DNA of 64,000 nucleotides. It comes from a virus. Positions within the stretch are counted from its first letter, which is position 1. Each line of letters starts with the position of its first letter. The translations under genes and the position numbers were made by a program. The DNA lies in the IMG/VR virus record IMGVR_UViG_3300025418_000011; one strand, given 5' to 3'. Of the stretch, positions 26,407 to 35,835 are shown one piece after another. Under the pieces are notes generated by a model. The model ran no database searches, was not told the origin of the DNA, and saw nothing but the letters and a program-made list of their open reading frames with translations.

Positions 26407-27021
26407 ATGACTACTGAAGAAAAAATAAAGTTAATAGTTTGCAGCTTAACCACCAAAAATTTTCAGTGGGTGTCGAATTTCACTTTTGAAAGAAATAAAA
26501 GATATGCTGAACAGCACAACTTAATATTTCAAACAGAAATTTTAGAAAATTTGGAAAGGCCCCCCTCTTGGTATAAAATAAAAAGCATTAAAAAAGCTTT
26601 TGAACTGCCTTGTGAATGGGTTATGTGGATTGATGCAGATGCGGTTTTTTACAATTTTAAAAAATCAATATTAGATTTTATTCATGAAAATAAAGATATA
26701 GTTTTATCTAGAGATGATAACGGATTTAATTGTGGGGTTATGCTTTGGCGTAATTGTAATGAAAATAAAATATTGCTAGATGCAATGTGGGAGCAAAGAG
26801 AATTTATAGATCACTGCTGGTGGGAGCAAGCAGCGTTTATGAAACTAGAAAAAGAAAATTTTATGGATTTGCAAAACAGGATAGGTGTTGCACCAAAGTC
26901 ACTTTTCAATGCTTACGAATCTGACTTCTGCGCTTCTTCAGCTGTGGTGCATGTGCCCGGCAACGGTGAGCATAAGATGACGGTATTGGCTAAAATATTA
27001 TCTAATCAACCCACGCTTTAA
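26407..27021 (+). CDS. Glycosyltransferase, GT34 (GMA12/MNN10)-like
   Basis: WYKIK, WVMWIDADAVF (DxD), FNCGVML, WWEQAAF, VVHVPG. Confidence 0.85.
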   Translation: MTTEEKIKLIVCSLTTKNFQWVSNFTFERNKRYAEQHNLIFQTEILENLERPPSWYKIKSIKKAFELPCEWVMWIDADAVFYNFKKSILDFIHENKDIVLSRDDNGFNCGVMLWRNCNENKILLDAMWEQREFIDHCWWEQAAFMKLEKENFMDLQNRIGVAPKSLFNAYESDFCASSAVVHVPGNGEHKMTVLAKILSNQPTL

Positions 27022-27023
27022 TC

Positions 27024-27434
27024 ATGTTAAAATTAGACATAATTATAAATAACGATGATGCTCCAAACACAAAAGTAAAAGCGTCATTCACAGAAGGCTA
27101 CGGCTTATTCGCGGCGAAAGACTTTGAGATAGGTGAGATTATTGTAAACTATAATCTGTTTCCAGCTAGCTGGTATCACCTCAAGTACTCCGATCTTTGC
27201 GAAGATAAAAAGCGTAAAAATCTATATGTTATGATAGACAGCGAAAACTGCATAACTAGCGATAGCTGGAGTAAGTTTTCATATATAAATCATAGTCGAA
27301 ATCCTAACTGCTTATGGAAGCTAGAGGAGAGATTGGTGGTGGCTCAAAAGAATATAACTGTGGGTGATGAGTTATTTATAGACTATCGACTAGAACCTAA
27401 ACCAAAAGGAATGACATATGCTTCCTGGATTTAA
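27024..27434 (+). CDS. SET-domain protein (putative protein-lysine methyltransferase)
   Basis: GYGLFA, YINHSRNPN, GDELFIDY. Confidence 0.9.
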   Translation: MLKLDIIINNDDAPNTKVKASFTEGYGLFAAKDFEIGEIIVNYNLFPASWYHLKYSDLCEDKKRKNLYVMIDSENCITSDSWSKFSYINHSRNPNCLWKLEERLVVAQKNITVGDELFIDYRLEPKPKGMTYASWI

Positions 27435-27436
27435 GT

Positions 27437-27649
27437 ATGAGCGACAAGATGAAATTAATAGAAGAGGATTTAGACTGGATATATTCCAGGCTAGAGGACT
27501 TAAAAAATAAAGTTAAAGTATTGTCTGATACCGCAAAACGTCCGTTTAGTAAAAAAAATAAAGCTTTAATCGAGAGCTATAAAAAAGAACTGAACGAGCT
27601 TAAACTTAGAGCGGAAAGAGACGTTAAAGACCTTGAGAAACTTACATAA
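27437..27649 (+). CDS. Coiled-coil hypothetical protein
   Basis: 70 aa, heptad pattern. Confidence 0.6.
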   Translation: MSDKMKLIEEDLDWIYSRLEDLKNKVKVLSDTAKRPFSKKNKALIESYKKELNELKLRAERDVKDLEKLT

Positions 27650-27655
27650 TAGCCG

Positions 27656-28321
27656 TTACAACTCGCTTTGAGGATAGGCTATGAGTATCTCCAACTTATC
27701 TCTGTATATTCCTTTATAGTCGTTTTTCAGGGCTTCCCAAACTTCTAATCTTTGAGATAAATCCATCTTTGATAGGTTGGACATATATCCAGAAAGAATA
27801 AACTCCTTGTATTTTTCTTCTGGTAATTTAAATCTTAGAGTTATTGTGTATATCTCTGTAGCATAGCCTAATCTGTTAAATTTTATTCTATTTTGATTAG
27901 TGTCTTCTAAAGGATTTGCAGAGCCGTGAATTTCCTCAAAAGGCATCTGCATAATCACTATGGTAGCTTTCGGATATTTTTCAGCTATGTGGAAAGGAGA
28001 AGAGATTAAATGAAAAACTTGTTTATATATAACTACATTAGGGGCTATGCCTTTATATTTCTCTACACCTACTTTCTGAAATTTAAATGTTTTTAATACT
28101 CTGTAATCTTCTATATCAATACCTATTACATTATGAGTATAGTTCTTGAGCGAGTCTAAAAACTCGCCGGTACCCGTTCCTACATCTAAAACTAACCCTG
28201 TAGGAAGAACTCCTTCTTGGGTGAGTAATCTCCCTATTTTTGCACCCCAAAGCTTCTCTCTGCCTGTTATGGCGCAAAACAATTTCCAACTATTCCAAGT
28301 GATTTCGCCCGGATTGTTCAT
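27656..28321 (-). CDS. Class I SAM-dependent methyltransferase
   Basis: VLDVGTGTGEF, IGID, QVFHLI; ATG at 28321 preferred. Confidence 0.8.
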   Translation of the reverse strand: MNNPGEITWNSWKLFCAITGREKLWGAKIGRLLTQEGVLPTGLVLDVGTGTGEFLDSLKNYTHNVIGIDIEDYRVLKTFKFQKVGVEKYKGIAPNVVIYKQVFHLISSPFHIAEKYPKATIVIMQMPFEEIHGSANPLEDTNQNRIKFNRLGYATEIYTITLRFKLPEEKYKEFILSGYMSNLSKMDLSQRLEVWEALKNDYKGIYRDKLEILIAYPQSEL

Positions 28322-28383
28322 TACCAATTATACTAAACATAGGCATATATAAACAAGGCTGTTATATTTAAGGCAATATTCTA

Positions 28384-29763
28384 TTAATTTAAATTATAGT
28401 TATCTAATATATTAAAATCAATTTTACCGTTAGCAGGATAATATGCTCCTGGGTAATTTATTTGGCTATTAGGGTGTTCTTCGAAAACTTCTTGCAGTAA
28501 AGGTTTAAATAACCCCATAGCAATCCAACAAGCACTAGATTGATTTCCTACAAAAAAGTCTGCTCCCGCTATTGCCCTGGCTACATGATAGCAATCTTTT
28601 GTTATATAATATTCTATATTGCCATAAGCTTCACAAAATTCAGAGTGCTCTGCTTCTGTGCCAACGAATAATGCCTTATCTCCAAAATAATTAAATACCT
28701 CAACCCATTTAAAATTATCATTTCTATACCTAGTAGTTCTATTGAATATCACTCTACCTTTTGTATTTGGATCTTTTGGTACATTTAACCAAGGCTCATT
28801 AACTATAAATTTACCTGATGCTCTACAGACTACGTTTAAGTATCTGGCTTGCGCATCTATTAAAGTAATTCCTGGCTGGTAGCATTCTCTCCATGGATGT
28901 ACATCATAGTCTACAGCTAGCTCATTCTCACCGAAATAAACTTCAATATCTTGAGACTCTAGCAATGGCTTTATAGAGTCATATTTATTGCCAGCCATCG
29001 GTTCAAACCCCGAAGGACCATCTTTTATTTGTATGGTGGTTCCTTCTAAATTTTTAAAAATGGGCAGAAAAGCAATTATGTCACCTATATATCCGGTGTG
29101 TGAAAATACTTTACGGTTTAAGATATTGTTTTTTTTAAGCTTTCCTAAATATTCGTCTCTAGGAAAAATATCTATATAGTGATTTTTATTTGAGGAGTAT
29201 AAATTTAATGGTGTGTTAAAAGAAGTATCAAGCAACCAAAACTCACAATAGAGCCTGTCACGATAATTTTCTATTTTGGGTAATTTTCTAATGTGGCTGG
29301 CGTTTGCCCACCACATATTTCCAGAGTAGTGCTTTTTTGGATCTTCTTGTAAATTAACTCCAACGGTGTCGTTTTTTTGCAAACCATCTAAACAATCTTT
29401 AAAATTTTCTATGACAAAGTATTCCATATACTCTCTCCAGTGATTAACAGGATTATGCAAGGGGTGTGTAACTCCCTTACTGTGTAGATATAGAATTTTG
29501 CCTTCGTTAAATTTACAGAAGTCTGATATAAAATTTAAAGTATTAAACTCTCCGTGATAGTTATAATTGAATTCTATTACGTTAATTTTTGAATCATGTA
29601 TGTTTAAAGCCTGGCGATATAGCTCTGTATTGGGGCCGTTTAAACTTAAGTAAATTTGATCTAGTTCGTCGTATAAGCCACTGCTTTTAATTTTTTTTAA
29701 AGTTTGATTAAACAAATCAATTGCATTATTCACGCAAAACATATGATAAAAAACAGTAATCAT
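28384..29763 (-). CDS. Two-domain glycosyltransferase-like protein (N-terminal GT-like; C-terminal GT9/heptosyltransferase-like)
   Basis: N: LYLHSKGVT, HYSGNMWWAN. C: GYIGDII, FVGTEAE, IAGADFFVGNQS. Confidence 0.7.
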   Translation of the reverse strand: MITVFYHMFCVNNAIDLFNQTLKKIKSSGLYDELDQIYLSLNGPNTELYRQALNIHDSKINVIEFNYNYHGEFNTLNFISDFCKFNEGKILYLHSKGVTHPLHNPVNHWREYMEYFVIENFKDCLDGLQKNDTVGVNLQEDPKKHYSGNMWWANASHIRKLPKIENYRDRLYCEFWLLDTSFNTPLNLYSSNKNHYIDIFPRDEYLGKLKKNNILNRKVFSHTGYIGDIIAFLPIFKNLEGTTIQIKDGPSGFEPMAGNKYDSIKPLLESQDIEVYFGENELAVDYDVHPWRECYQPGITLIDAQARYLNVVCRASGKFIVNEPWLNVPKDPNTKGRVIFNRTTRYRNDNFKWVEVFNYFGDKALFVGTEAEHSEFCEAYGNIEYYITKDCYHVARAIAGADFFVGNQSSACWIAMGLFKPLLQEVFEEHPNSQINYPGAYYPANGKIDFNILDNYNLN

Positions 29764-29780
29764 ATTTCTGCAGTTAAAAA

Positions 29781-30551
29781 TTAATCCAGCAAGCTTATAT
29801 TTTTCGGCAAATAATCGCCGTTCTCAATAAACTCGTATTTCTGCTCGTCTCTAAAAAATAAATCTTTTCCTTCTTTGATTAACTTTTTAATTGTTTCTGG
29901 ATCTGTATATTTAGAGTTGTTGTATTCCTGATGTGAGAAGTTCTTTATTTTATCTATTATATAATTCTCATCTCCAAAATACGAGAAATGCCAACCTCCT
30001 GACTTGTAATCTCCAGGTTGTCCTATTTTAGATATAGACCATCTGCTATTTCTAACAATCTCAAAGTTATTATTAAAATGGGTATTGAAGGTATTTATGC
30101 TGGTTATGACTGTACCTGCCCATTTATTAATATTTCTACATTTATAATTATAATAATAAAAATTATGATAAAAGGCCAAAGCTCCTACCATGCCTGAAGA
30201 TTTAATCTGCTTTAATACTGTTGTGTCAGGTATTTCATCAACATCAGACAGCATTACCAAGTCTGCTTTATTTGGTGTTAATTGATTTAAACCGCTAGCT
30301 AAATATGTTCGCTGCTTTGCTTCATTTTCCCAGGCGTTAGAGGTAGGAGGGAACGTGTAAGGCCTATAAATTATTTTTTCTTCAAAAGACTTAAAGTTAT
30401 CTATATTGAACCTAATTGGCTTTTTGCTTCCAGAAAACCCAGTGTCTGCCTCTACAATTACAAAGTAATCCACTACTTCGTTTAACTCATGCAACCTAAA
30501 GGTTAACATTTTTTCTTCCCCGTTATATAGAAAGCAATCGAATAGTCGCAT
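29781..30551 (-). CDS. Glycosyltransferase GT17 (MGAT3-like)
   Basis: FDCFLYNGE..ML..RL.EL..VVDYFVIVEA, SDVDEIP, GWHFSYFG. Confidence 0.9.
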   Translation of the reverse strand: MRLFDCFLYNGEEKMLTFRLHELNEVVDYFVIVEADTGFSGSKKPIRFNIDNFKSFEEKIIYRPYTFPPTSNAWENEAKQRTYLASGLNQLTPNKADLVMLSDVDEIPDTTVLKQIKSSGMVGALAFYHNFYYYNYKCRNINKWAGTVITSINTFNTHFNNNFEIVRNSRWSISKIGQPGDYKSGGWHFSYFGDENYIIDKIKNFSHQEYNNSKYTDPETIKKLIKEGKDLFFRDEQKYEFIENGDYLPKNISLLD

Positions 30552-30560
30552 ATTAAAAAT

Positions 30561-30644
30561 TGGAGCCTGAGGTGAGATTCGAACTCACGAAGCTTGCGCG
30601 TCGGTTTACAAAACCGATCCTATTGGCCACTAAGGGACTCAGGC
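30561..30644 (-). tRNA. trnT: tRNA with Thr(UGU) anticodon on a class II (Tyr-like) scaffold; encoded CCA
   Basis: GCCTGAG-TC-CCT-TAGTGGCCAAT-AGG-A-TCGGT-TTTGTAA-ACCGA-CGCGCAAGCTTC-GTGAG-TTCGAAT-CTCAC-CTCAGGC-T-CCA; all four stems pair. Confidence 0.9.
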
Positions 30645-30645
30645 G

Positions 30646-31659
30646 TTATTTAATAGTTATAATCGAATTATTTTTTCCTACAAGTATTTTCTGCGGTGTG
30701 TGTTCATTTAATTGAATGGTTTCCGGGATTTCTGAAACTTCTGGACTCACGACGGGTTGGAGAGCTGGCTCTTCAACTTTTGGAGACTGAGTAGCTTCAG
30801 GTTCTACTGGAGCTGTATGGATTTCTTCCATAACAACATCTTCATTTAGATCTTCACTTTTTTCTACCTCTCTCTCTATAGGCTCTCTGTAGCAAACATT
30901 TTCACTTTTTTTGATTTTCTCCCTTTCTTCTACCAATTGATTAAGGGCCAAAATTAGAGAAACCGCCAGTGGATCAAACACAAAAACCAGTGAGAGAATA
31001 AACCATTTTACCGCTGTATCTACATCAGTATTCAACGCCTTTGCTACAAATGTAAAGGTGCCAACATCTGTCTTTGTATTTATTGCAGAAGATGTTTCTG
31101 TTTTTTTAATTTCTAGCTCTCCTATCTTTTTGCGTAATTCAGAAGTCTTGGTTTCTTTTTCTGCTATTTCTTTATCTGCATCTGCTATGGCTTTATATGC
31201 CTGCTCTCTAGGGGCCTTGTATTTACCTGCAGCAGTTACACGGGCCTCCTGGTCCTTTCTAAGGGCGTTTAAGCTTTCTATTCTGATCTGCCCGGCAGAA
31301 AGCTCGTCTTGCAATATTTTTACCTGAACATCGTAGCCCTTTAGCTCATTTTCGTAACCAACGGCCACACCTCTATGCTCCTCATAGGCCCTGGTTAAAA
31401 AACCAAATATTCCCAGAGATGTAATCATCATCAGTATACTCACAGCCAAGCAAAGATATATTTTTAGAGATAGAGAGATCTTGCTCCATTGCCTATGTAG
31501 AAAACTCGCGGCAACAAGTTTGCCTATCTCTAAGGACGAGGCCATTACACCCACAGATAGTGCACTGCCAGCAAAAAGAAGAGTTATTCCTTTAATGGAA
31601 AAGAAGGCTGCACAGCCAGCAATAAAAAGGGCGGACAGGGTTACTATAAAAATAAACAT
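30646..31659 (-). CDS. Membrane protein with coiled coil (conserved phage family)
   Basis: AAFFSIKGITLLF, LEIGKLVAAS, long coiled coil, WFILSLVFVFDPLAV. Confidence 0.7.
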   Translation of the reverse strand: MFIFIVTLSALFIAGCAAFFSIKGITLLFAGSALSVGVMASSLEIGKLVAASFLHRQWSKISLSLKIYLCLAVSILMMITSLGIFGFLTRAYEEHRGVAVGYENELKGYDVQVKILQDELSAGQIRIESLNALRKDQEARVTAAGKYKAPREQAYKAIADADKEIAEKETKTSELRKKIGELEIKKTETSSAINTKTDVGTFTFVAKALNTDVDTAVKWFILSLVFVFDPLAVSLILALNQLVEEREKIKKSENVCYREPIEREVEKSEDLNEDVVMEEIHTAPVEPEATQSPKVEEPALQPVVSPEVSEIPETIQLNEHTPQKILVGKNNSIITIK

Positions 31660-31717
31660 TAATTATCTATGGTTAGGGGTTCATTAAAGTTTAAAAGCTT
31701 TTAGTTCATTATTAAAC

Positions 31718-31759
31718 AAAAAAATTATAGGCCGGGGCTACGATTGCCCCGACCTATAA
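31718..31759 (-). terminator. Intrinsic terminator
   Basis: - strand TTATAGGTCGGGGC-AATCGTA-GCCCCGGCCTATAA followed by a T-run. Confidence 0.8.
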
Positions 31760-31782
31760 CTTCTAACCACCAACCCCGAATT

Positions 31783-31863
31783 TTATTTATCGAATATTTT
31801 CCAGACTTTGTAGCACATGACTATCAGGAATCCTGCTAGCCCAAATGCAAACAGTTCTGACAT
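31783..31863 (-). CDS. Small membrane peptide (26 aa)
   Basis: Own translation: MSELFAFGLAGFLIVMCYKVWKIFDK. Confidence 0.4.
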   Translation of the reverse strand: MSELFAFGLAGFLIVMCYKVWKIFDK

Positions 31864-31878
31864 ATCGTGACTGTTTAT

Positions 31879-32424
31879 TCAAACTTTCAGGACTTTAAAG
31901 ATAGGGCCAAAGATCTCCTTAAACTCCTGAATAAGATTTTGGTCTACTTCCTGATTAGAAATGATAAAGGCATCTCCAATATTAATTGGAATTCTTCCGG
32001 TGGTTGCCTTTGTGATTTCATTGGGACTTCCAACGTGTTCAATATAATTATTTTCTTGCCCCTCGCGGCATTGATTACGTCCGCAAATGCATTTTTGGGT
32101 TTTGTTCTTTTCTGCTTCAATCTCTGAGGCTCTGGTCTTCCAAACAAGATACTTAACACGCTCTGTGATATACGCAAAAGGAGCTCCTTCATTCTTGAGG
32201 TTTTCGACTTCATTCTTGATAAATTGATAGTTCGCTCCTTCGGGAATGATCAATTCCAGATTTGCTTGCTCTACCGCGGTATCAGCAGAAATCTGCTCTT
32301 TCTGCTTTGCCATCACTTCCTTGGCCTCTTTAATATTTTTGAATCCCGCTTCTTTCACTGCACGAGATACCAGCTTTTGGTTTTTTGCTTTTACTCTAGG
32401 TTTGTTATTTGTTGGTTTCTTCAT
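31879..32424 (-). CDS. Hypothetical protein
   Basis: 181 aa, basic N-terminus. Confidence 0.6.
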   Translation of the reverse strand: MKKPTNNKPRVKAKNQKLVSRAVKEAGFKNIKEAKEVMAKQKEQISADTAVEQANLELIIPEGANYQFIKNEVENLKNEGAPFAYITERVKYLVWKTRASEIEAEKNKTQKCICGRNQCREGQENNYIEHVGSPNEITKATTGRIPINIGDAFIISNQEVDQNLIQEFKEIFGPIFKVLKV

Positions 32425-32432
32425 ATATGTGT

Positions 32433-32660
32433 TTATTGCTTAGGGATAAATTCTCCGCACCATTCGTGGTCCACAATCATGGGGAATCCTGTATAAGTAG
32501 TATCATCCTTTTGTACAAAAAGGGGAGGATTTCTTTTGCACCTTCCAAAAATTAAAGCACCTTCTGTCTCAGCTGCTTCATTTTGAACTTTAAACCAGTA
32601 CTTGCAATTTTTACAAGTATCAGTCTCTTGTGTCGTCTCTGTGTTCGTAGTATTCGTCAT
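32433..32660 (-). CDS. Small Cys-cluster protein
   Basis: CKNCKYW...GRCKRNPP...FP......WCGEF pattern recalled from phages. Confidence 0.7.
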   Translation of the reverse strand: MTNTTNTETTQETDTCKNCKYWFKVQNEAAETEGALIFGRCKRNPPLFVQKDDTTYTGFPMIVDHEWCGEFIPKQ

Positions 32661-32790
32661 ATTCGTCAGGTTCTATAGATTTTTGATATTTTCTTATTTT
32701 TTTAACAAACTCACTTTTTTTATTCCCCCCATCATTTTCTTTTTTGTGAGAGGGGTTATAAAACTCATCATCACTATCTTTCGGCTTCAT
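32620..32790 (-). CDS. Hypothetical charged protein (56 aa)
   Basis: Own translation: MKPKDSDDEFYNPSHKKENDGG...; fills the gap and overlaps the next gene. Confidence 0.45.
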   Translation of the reverse strand: MKPKDSDDEFYNPSHKKENDGGNKKSEFVKKIRKYQKSIEPDEYDEYYEHRDDTRD

Positions 32791-32807
32791 AGTATTGTCA
32801 ACAAGAT

Positions 32808-33251
32808 TTAAAAAATTATTTGTGGGTTAAATGGAAAGTGTTGTATAGCTATACCAAATACATCAGCAATTTCAAAGCAAGATTTATCTCTGTCGTAAAT
32901 TTCTGAGAAGAAAATTCTTTTAATACCGAATGCTCCTATTGTTTTAATACAGTCTGAGCAAGGGGACAGTGTGGTGTAGATAGTATGTACTTCTGAAGGC
33001 TTTGTGTATCTTAAACAATTCAATTCTGCGTGACACACATATTTTCTGCGCTCTTCTCTATCTTCCCAGGAAATATCCACCCCTTTCGGTACTCCATTAT
33101 AACCAGTACCTGCAACACTATAATCATTGCGCAGGGCAGCTGCTCCTACCTTTTTGTATGGATCTTCTGATCTGAGGGCTGCCGCGTATGCGAGAAGCAT
33201 ACCATACTCATCCCAAGATAATCTATTCTGTGTGTTAGTGCTTTTAGCCAT
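32808..33251 (-). CDS. dCMP deaminase
   Basis: TGYNG, HAELN, SPCSDC zinc motifs. Confidence 0.9.
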   Translation of the reverse strand: MAKSTNTQNRLSWDEYGMLLAYAAALRSEDPYKKVGAAALRNDYSVAGTGYNGVPKGVDISWEDREERRKYVCHAELNCLRYTKPSEVHTIYTTLSPCSDCIKTIGAFGIKRIFFSEIYDRDKSCFEIADVFGIAIQHFPFNPQIIF

Positions 33252-33255
33252 TAGA

Positions 33256-33444
33256 CTAAGTAAGCAGACTGTATGTGTTTTTGCAAACGTTTTTTAAAAG
33301 GTCTTCTATGTCCGGGTCGTCTACTCTATCAAAGTTAACAAAAATTATTTTACCGTTTTGTTGGTATGCCCTGAGGGTTATCGAATTGTCATAAGTGATA
33401 GATATCTCCTCTGACTCAGGGTCGTAGTTGAATTCAAAATTCAT
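33256..33444 (-). CDS. Hypothetical protein
   Basis: 62-aa acidic ORF. Confidence 0.55.
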   Translation of the reverse strand: MNFEFNYDPESEEISITYDNSITLRAYQQNGKIIFVNFDRVDDPDIEDLLKNVCKNTYSLLT

Positions 33445-33559
33445 ATAGTTTTATTTAGCACACTAATAATATATTAATACATATTTTACGTTCGTCAAAG
33501 AATATCTTTACTTAGCAATTCTGATTGTAGGTTTTAATTTACAAGATATAATAATTCAG

Positions 33560-34252
33560 ATGAATACGATGACTAAGGCCGAGAAGGCACAAAAAATAAA
33601 AGAATACTTTGGAAACATTCGACTAGACGTGGGTGTTATGGGGAAAACCCTTGGTATGTCTGTTAACCACATAAATCCCGCGGTATTACTGCAGACAACG
33701 AGTAAGCTTTTAAAGGTTTATAGCAGAGAAGTACATCCCGATGATAGAGATAACCTGGCGTATTCAAAATTTTTAGGTGCGGAGGATTATGTCAAAGAGC
33801 ACATAGAGCACGATGCGGGTAAGATACAAATGAAAGCAAAGATGAAGCTCAGACAAAAAAGAAATCTATCCTGGCTGCATAGCGGCTTTTTTACTCCTCA
33901 AATAAAGAGTGTTTTTGTGGGTAACGCCCTGAGCCAAAACATCGAGGGTGTAAATCCTATGGAGCAATATATGCTTGCCCACAAAGTCAGCAAGATGGGT
34001 GAGGGCGGCATAGGAAGCACAGAGAGCATTCCTGATAGCTCCAGAAGTGTTAATGAGAGTCAGTTTGGACTAATGGACCCTATTCAAACAGTAGAAGCCG
34101 AAACAATAGGCGTGGTAAACTTTTTTGTTAAAAACTGCAGAAAAGGAGAAGACGGTAAGCTCTATAGATTAGTAGAGGACTCTTCTGGTAAAAAAATTTG
34201 GATAGATCATCAGACTTTCTTGAACTCTGTTGTTGAGGTTCCAGAAAGCTGA
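33560..34252 (+). CDS. rpoB: RNA polymerase beta subunit, middle fragment (fork/rifampicin-pocket region)
   Basis: DDRDNL = DDIDHL; LSQNIEGVNPM = LSQFMDQNNPL; KVSKMGEGG = RISALGPGG; RSVNESQFGLMDPIQTVE = RDVHPTHYGRVCPIETPE. Confidence 0.9.
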   Translation: MNTMTKAEKAQKIKEYFGNIRLDVGVMGKTLGMSVNHINPAVLLQTTSKLLKVYSREVHPDDRDNLAYSKFLGAEDYVKEHIEHDAGKIQMKAKMKLRQKRNLSWLHSGFFTPQIKSVFVGNALSQNIEGVNPMEQYMLAHKVSKMGEGGIGSTESIPDSSRSVNESQFGLMDPIQTVEAETIGVVNFFVKNCRKGEDGKLYRLVEDSSGKKIWIDHQTFLNSVVEVPES

Positions 34253-34256
34253 AAAT

Positions 34257-35834
34257 TTACGCAGGAGCATACCCGTTATACCAGCCACTATATATTTCGA
34301 TAGGACTACGACCGTCGTTTGGATTAGATGGCAGTAAGCAGCAAGTGGGGCCTGGGCATCGTTTATCTCCGCGGTATCCAACCACCCAAACATAAATATC
34401 CCTTGTTACTCCGAGAACGCAAACAGATATAGGTAACCAACAGCCACTAAGAACAGATGACAACTTATCTCCTAGCTTAAAGTCTGCTTTTAGTTGATAG
34501 TGAGGAGGAGTATGCGTAGCACCTGCCGCGCTTGGTACTCGCAGAACATCAACACTCCAAGGTAACCCGTGAGTCTGTACGTCGCTATCAAATAGAATTT
34601 CTGGTACCTCTATATTACCATCTAATATAAGCTGGCATTGCCCTTTATTCCCAGAGGAGGACAGTTTTACGTTTCCTTGTGCCATCCCTGATGTGGTAAC
34701 TGTTCCAAATACTTTGTAAGCTTCACAAAAGTTAGTCACAAGATCCAGTTTTAAATCCACCGAACAATTTTCTTCTTGTTGTTGAGCGTAACTAGCAGAA
34801 GATATAGAAGCTGTTGGGCCTGTGGAGCTCGTTGGACCTGTTATGGCTTTTGGTTTAACCAGGAAAGTGGATCCCGAGAAAGCCGAGGGAGGGTTGAATA
34901 TAGGATTTATTTTAATTGCTTCACAGGCATTAACATGAAGGTCTAAATCATAGCTTATTGTGCATGGAGGACCACCGCCTCCGCCTGTAGGCCCTGTTGT
35001 TGCCGTGAGTGACTGTTTGTTGTAAATATTAAACGCAGATCCCGCCATATTAGGGGGAAAATTAATATTTCCTTTTTCGACAAAAATAACCTCGCAAGCC
35101 TGAGGAACGAATATATTCCCTGTAAGCTGGGCTCCGCAGTCAGGAGCGCTAGAAACACTTCCGAATGTTAAACTTCCTTGCGCACTGCCTGTGAGCTTTA
35201 CATTAGAATCAATTTTAAAATTTTCACACGCAGTAACGTGAATATTTCCTCCCAATAAAATACCGCAATCAGGGGCGTTGCCAGAGCTAGTAACAGTTAT
35301 TTGCCCGTCTGCTGCCCCAGTCTGCACTATGTTTCCTTTTACCTGAACTGTTTGACAGGCGAGAGCAGCAATATTCGGAGCGTTATAAACAGGCGTTACA
35401 AGATTTACGTTTGGAAATGCAAAACTGCAGGCCCTATCCATAGGTGTGATAGGGCTGCCTAAGTCTAATAGAGGAGCGCTAAGTGCGGGTAATGCGCAGT
35501 TATCTGGCGGGGTTATTGTGCCCAATATAAGACTAGTGCCACTAGAAATATTATGTGTGAGATGCGCGCTAAGAGTTATGGTATTTCCATAGATCTGAGT
35601 TATTGTTGTATTGGGCTGAATGCCATAAGCCTCTACAATCTGACCAACACTTAATAAACTTGGGCTGTTTACAACTAAGTCTAATGCATTTGTTAATGCT
35701 AACTGAGTAACTACAACAGACTCATTAGAAATACTAAAATATCCTGGCTGATATTGCGCCGTGTATTGAGGAACTCCTAAAGTATCTGGTGAGCCTAGTA
35801 TTACACTAGATGTATTTATTTCTAATCCGGCCAT
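34257..35834 (-). CDS. Cys-rich repeat tail fibre/spike-like protein
   Basis: 525 aa; N-terminal VGQIVEAYGIQPNTTITQI module; about five repeats each bounded by C...ACE. Confidence 0.55.
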   Translation of the reverse strand: MAGLEINTSSVILGSPDTLGVPQYTAQYQPGYFSISNESVVVTQLALTNALDLVVNSPSLLSVGQIVEAYGIQPNTTITQIYGNTITLSAHLTHNISSGTSLILGTITPPDNCALPALSAPLLDLGSPITPMDRACSFAFPNVNLVTPVYNAPNIAALACQTVQVKGNIVQTGAADGQITVTSSGNAPDCGILLGGNIHVTACENFKIDSNVKLTGSAQGSLTFGSVSSAPDCGAQLTGNIFVPQACEVIFVEKGNINFPPNMAGSAFNIYNKQSLTATTGPTGGGGGPPCTISYDLDLHVNACEAIKINPIFNPPSAFSGSTFLVKPKAITGPTSSTGPTASISSASYAQQQEENCSVDLKLDLVTNFCEAYKVFGTVTTSGMAQGNVKLSSSGNKGQCQLILDGNIEVPEILFDSDVQTHGLPWSVDVLRVPSAAGATHTPPHYQLKADFKLGDKLSSVLSGCWLPISVCVLGVTRDIYVWVVGYRGDKRCPGPTCCLLPSNPNDGRSPIEIYSGWYNGYAPA

Positions 35835-35835
35835 A

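Noticed and set aside
30561-30644. Calling the tRNA as Tyr(GUA)
   Set aside because: The only anticodon-stem register that pairs (TCGGT/ACCGA) centres TGT, and the acceptor/discriminator (G1-C72, C2-G71, U73) is Thr-like.
34169-34393. 74-aa - strand ORF
   Set aside because: Overlaps both the rpoB-middle gene and the 34257..35834 gene; no recognisable features.
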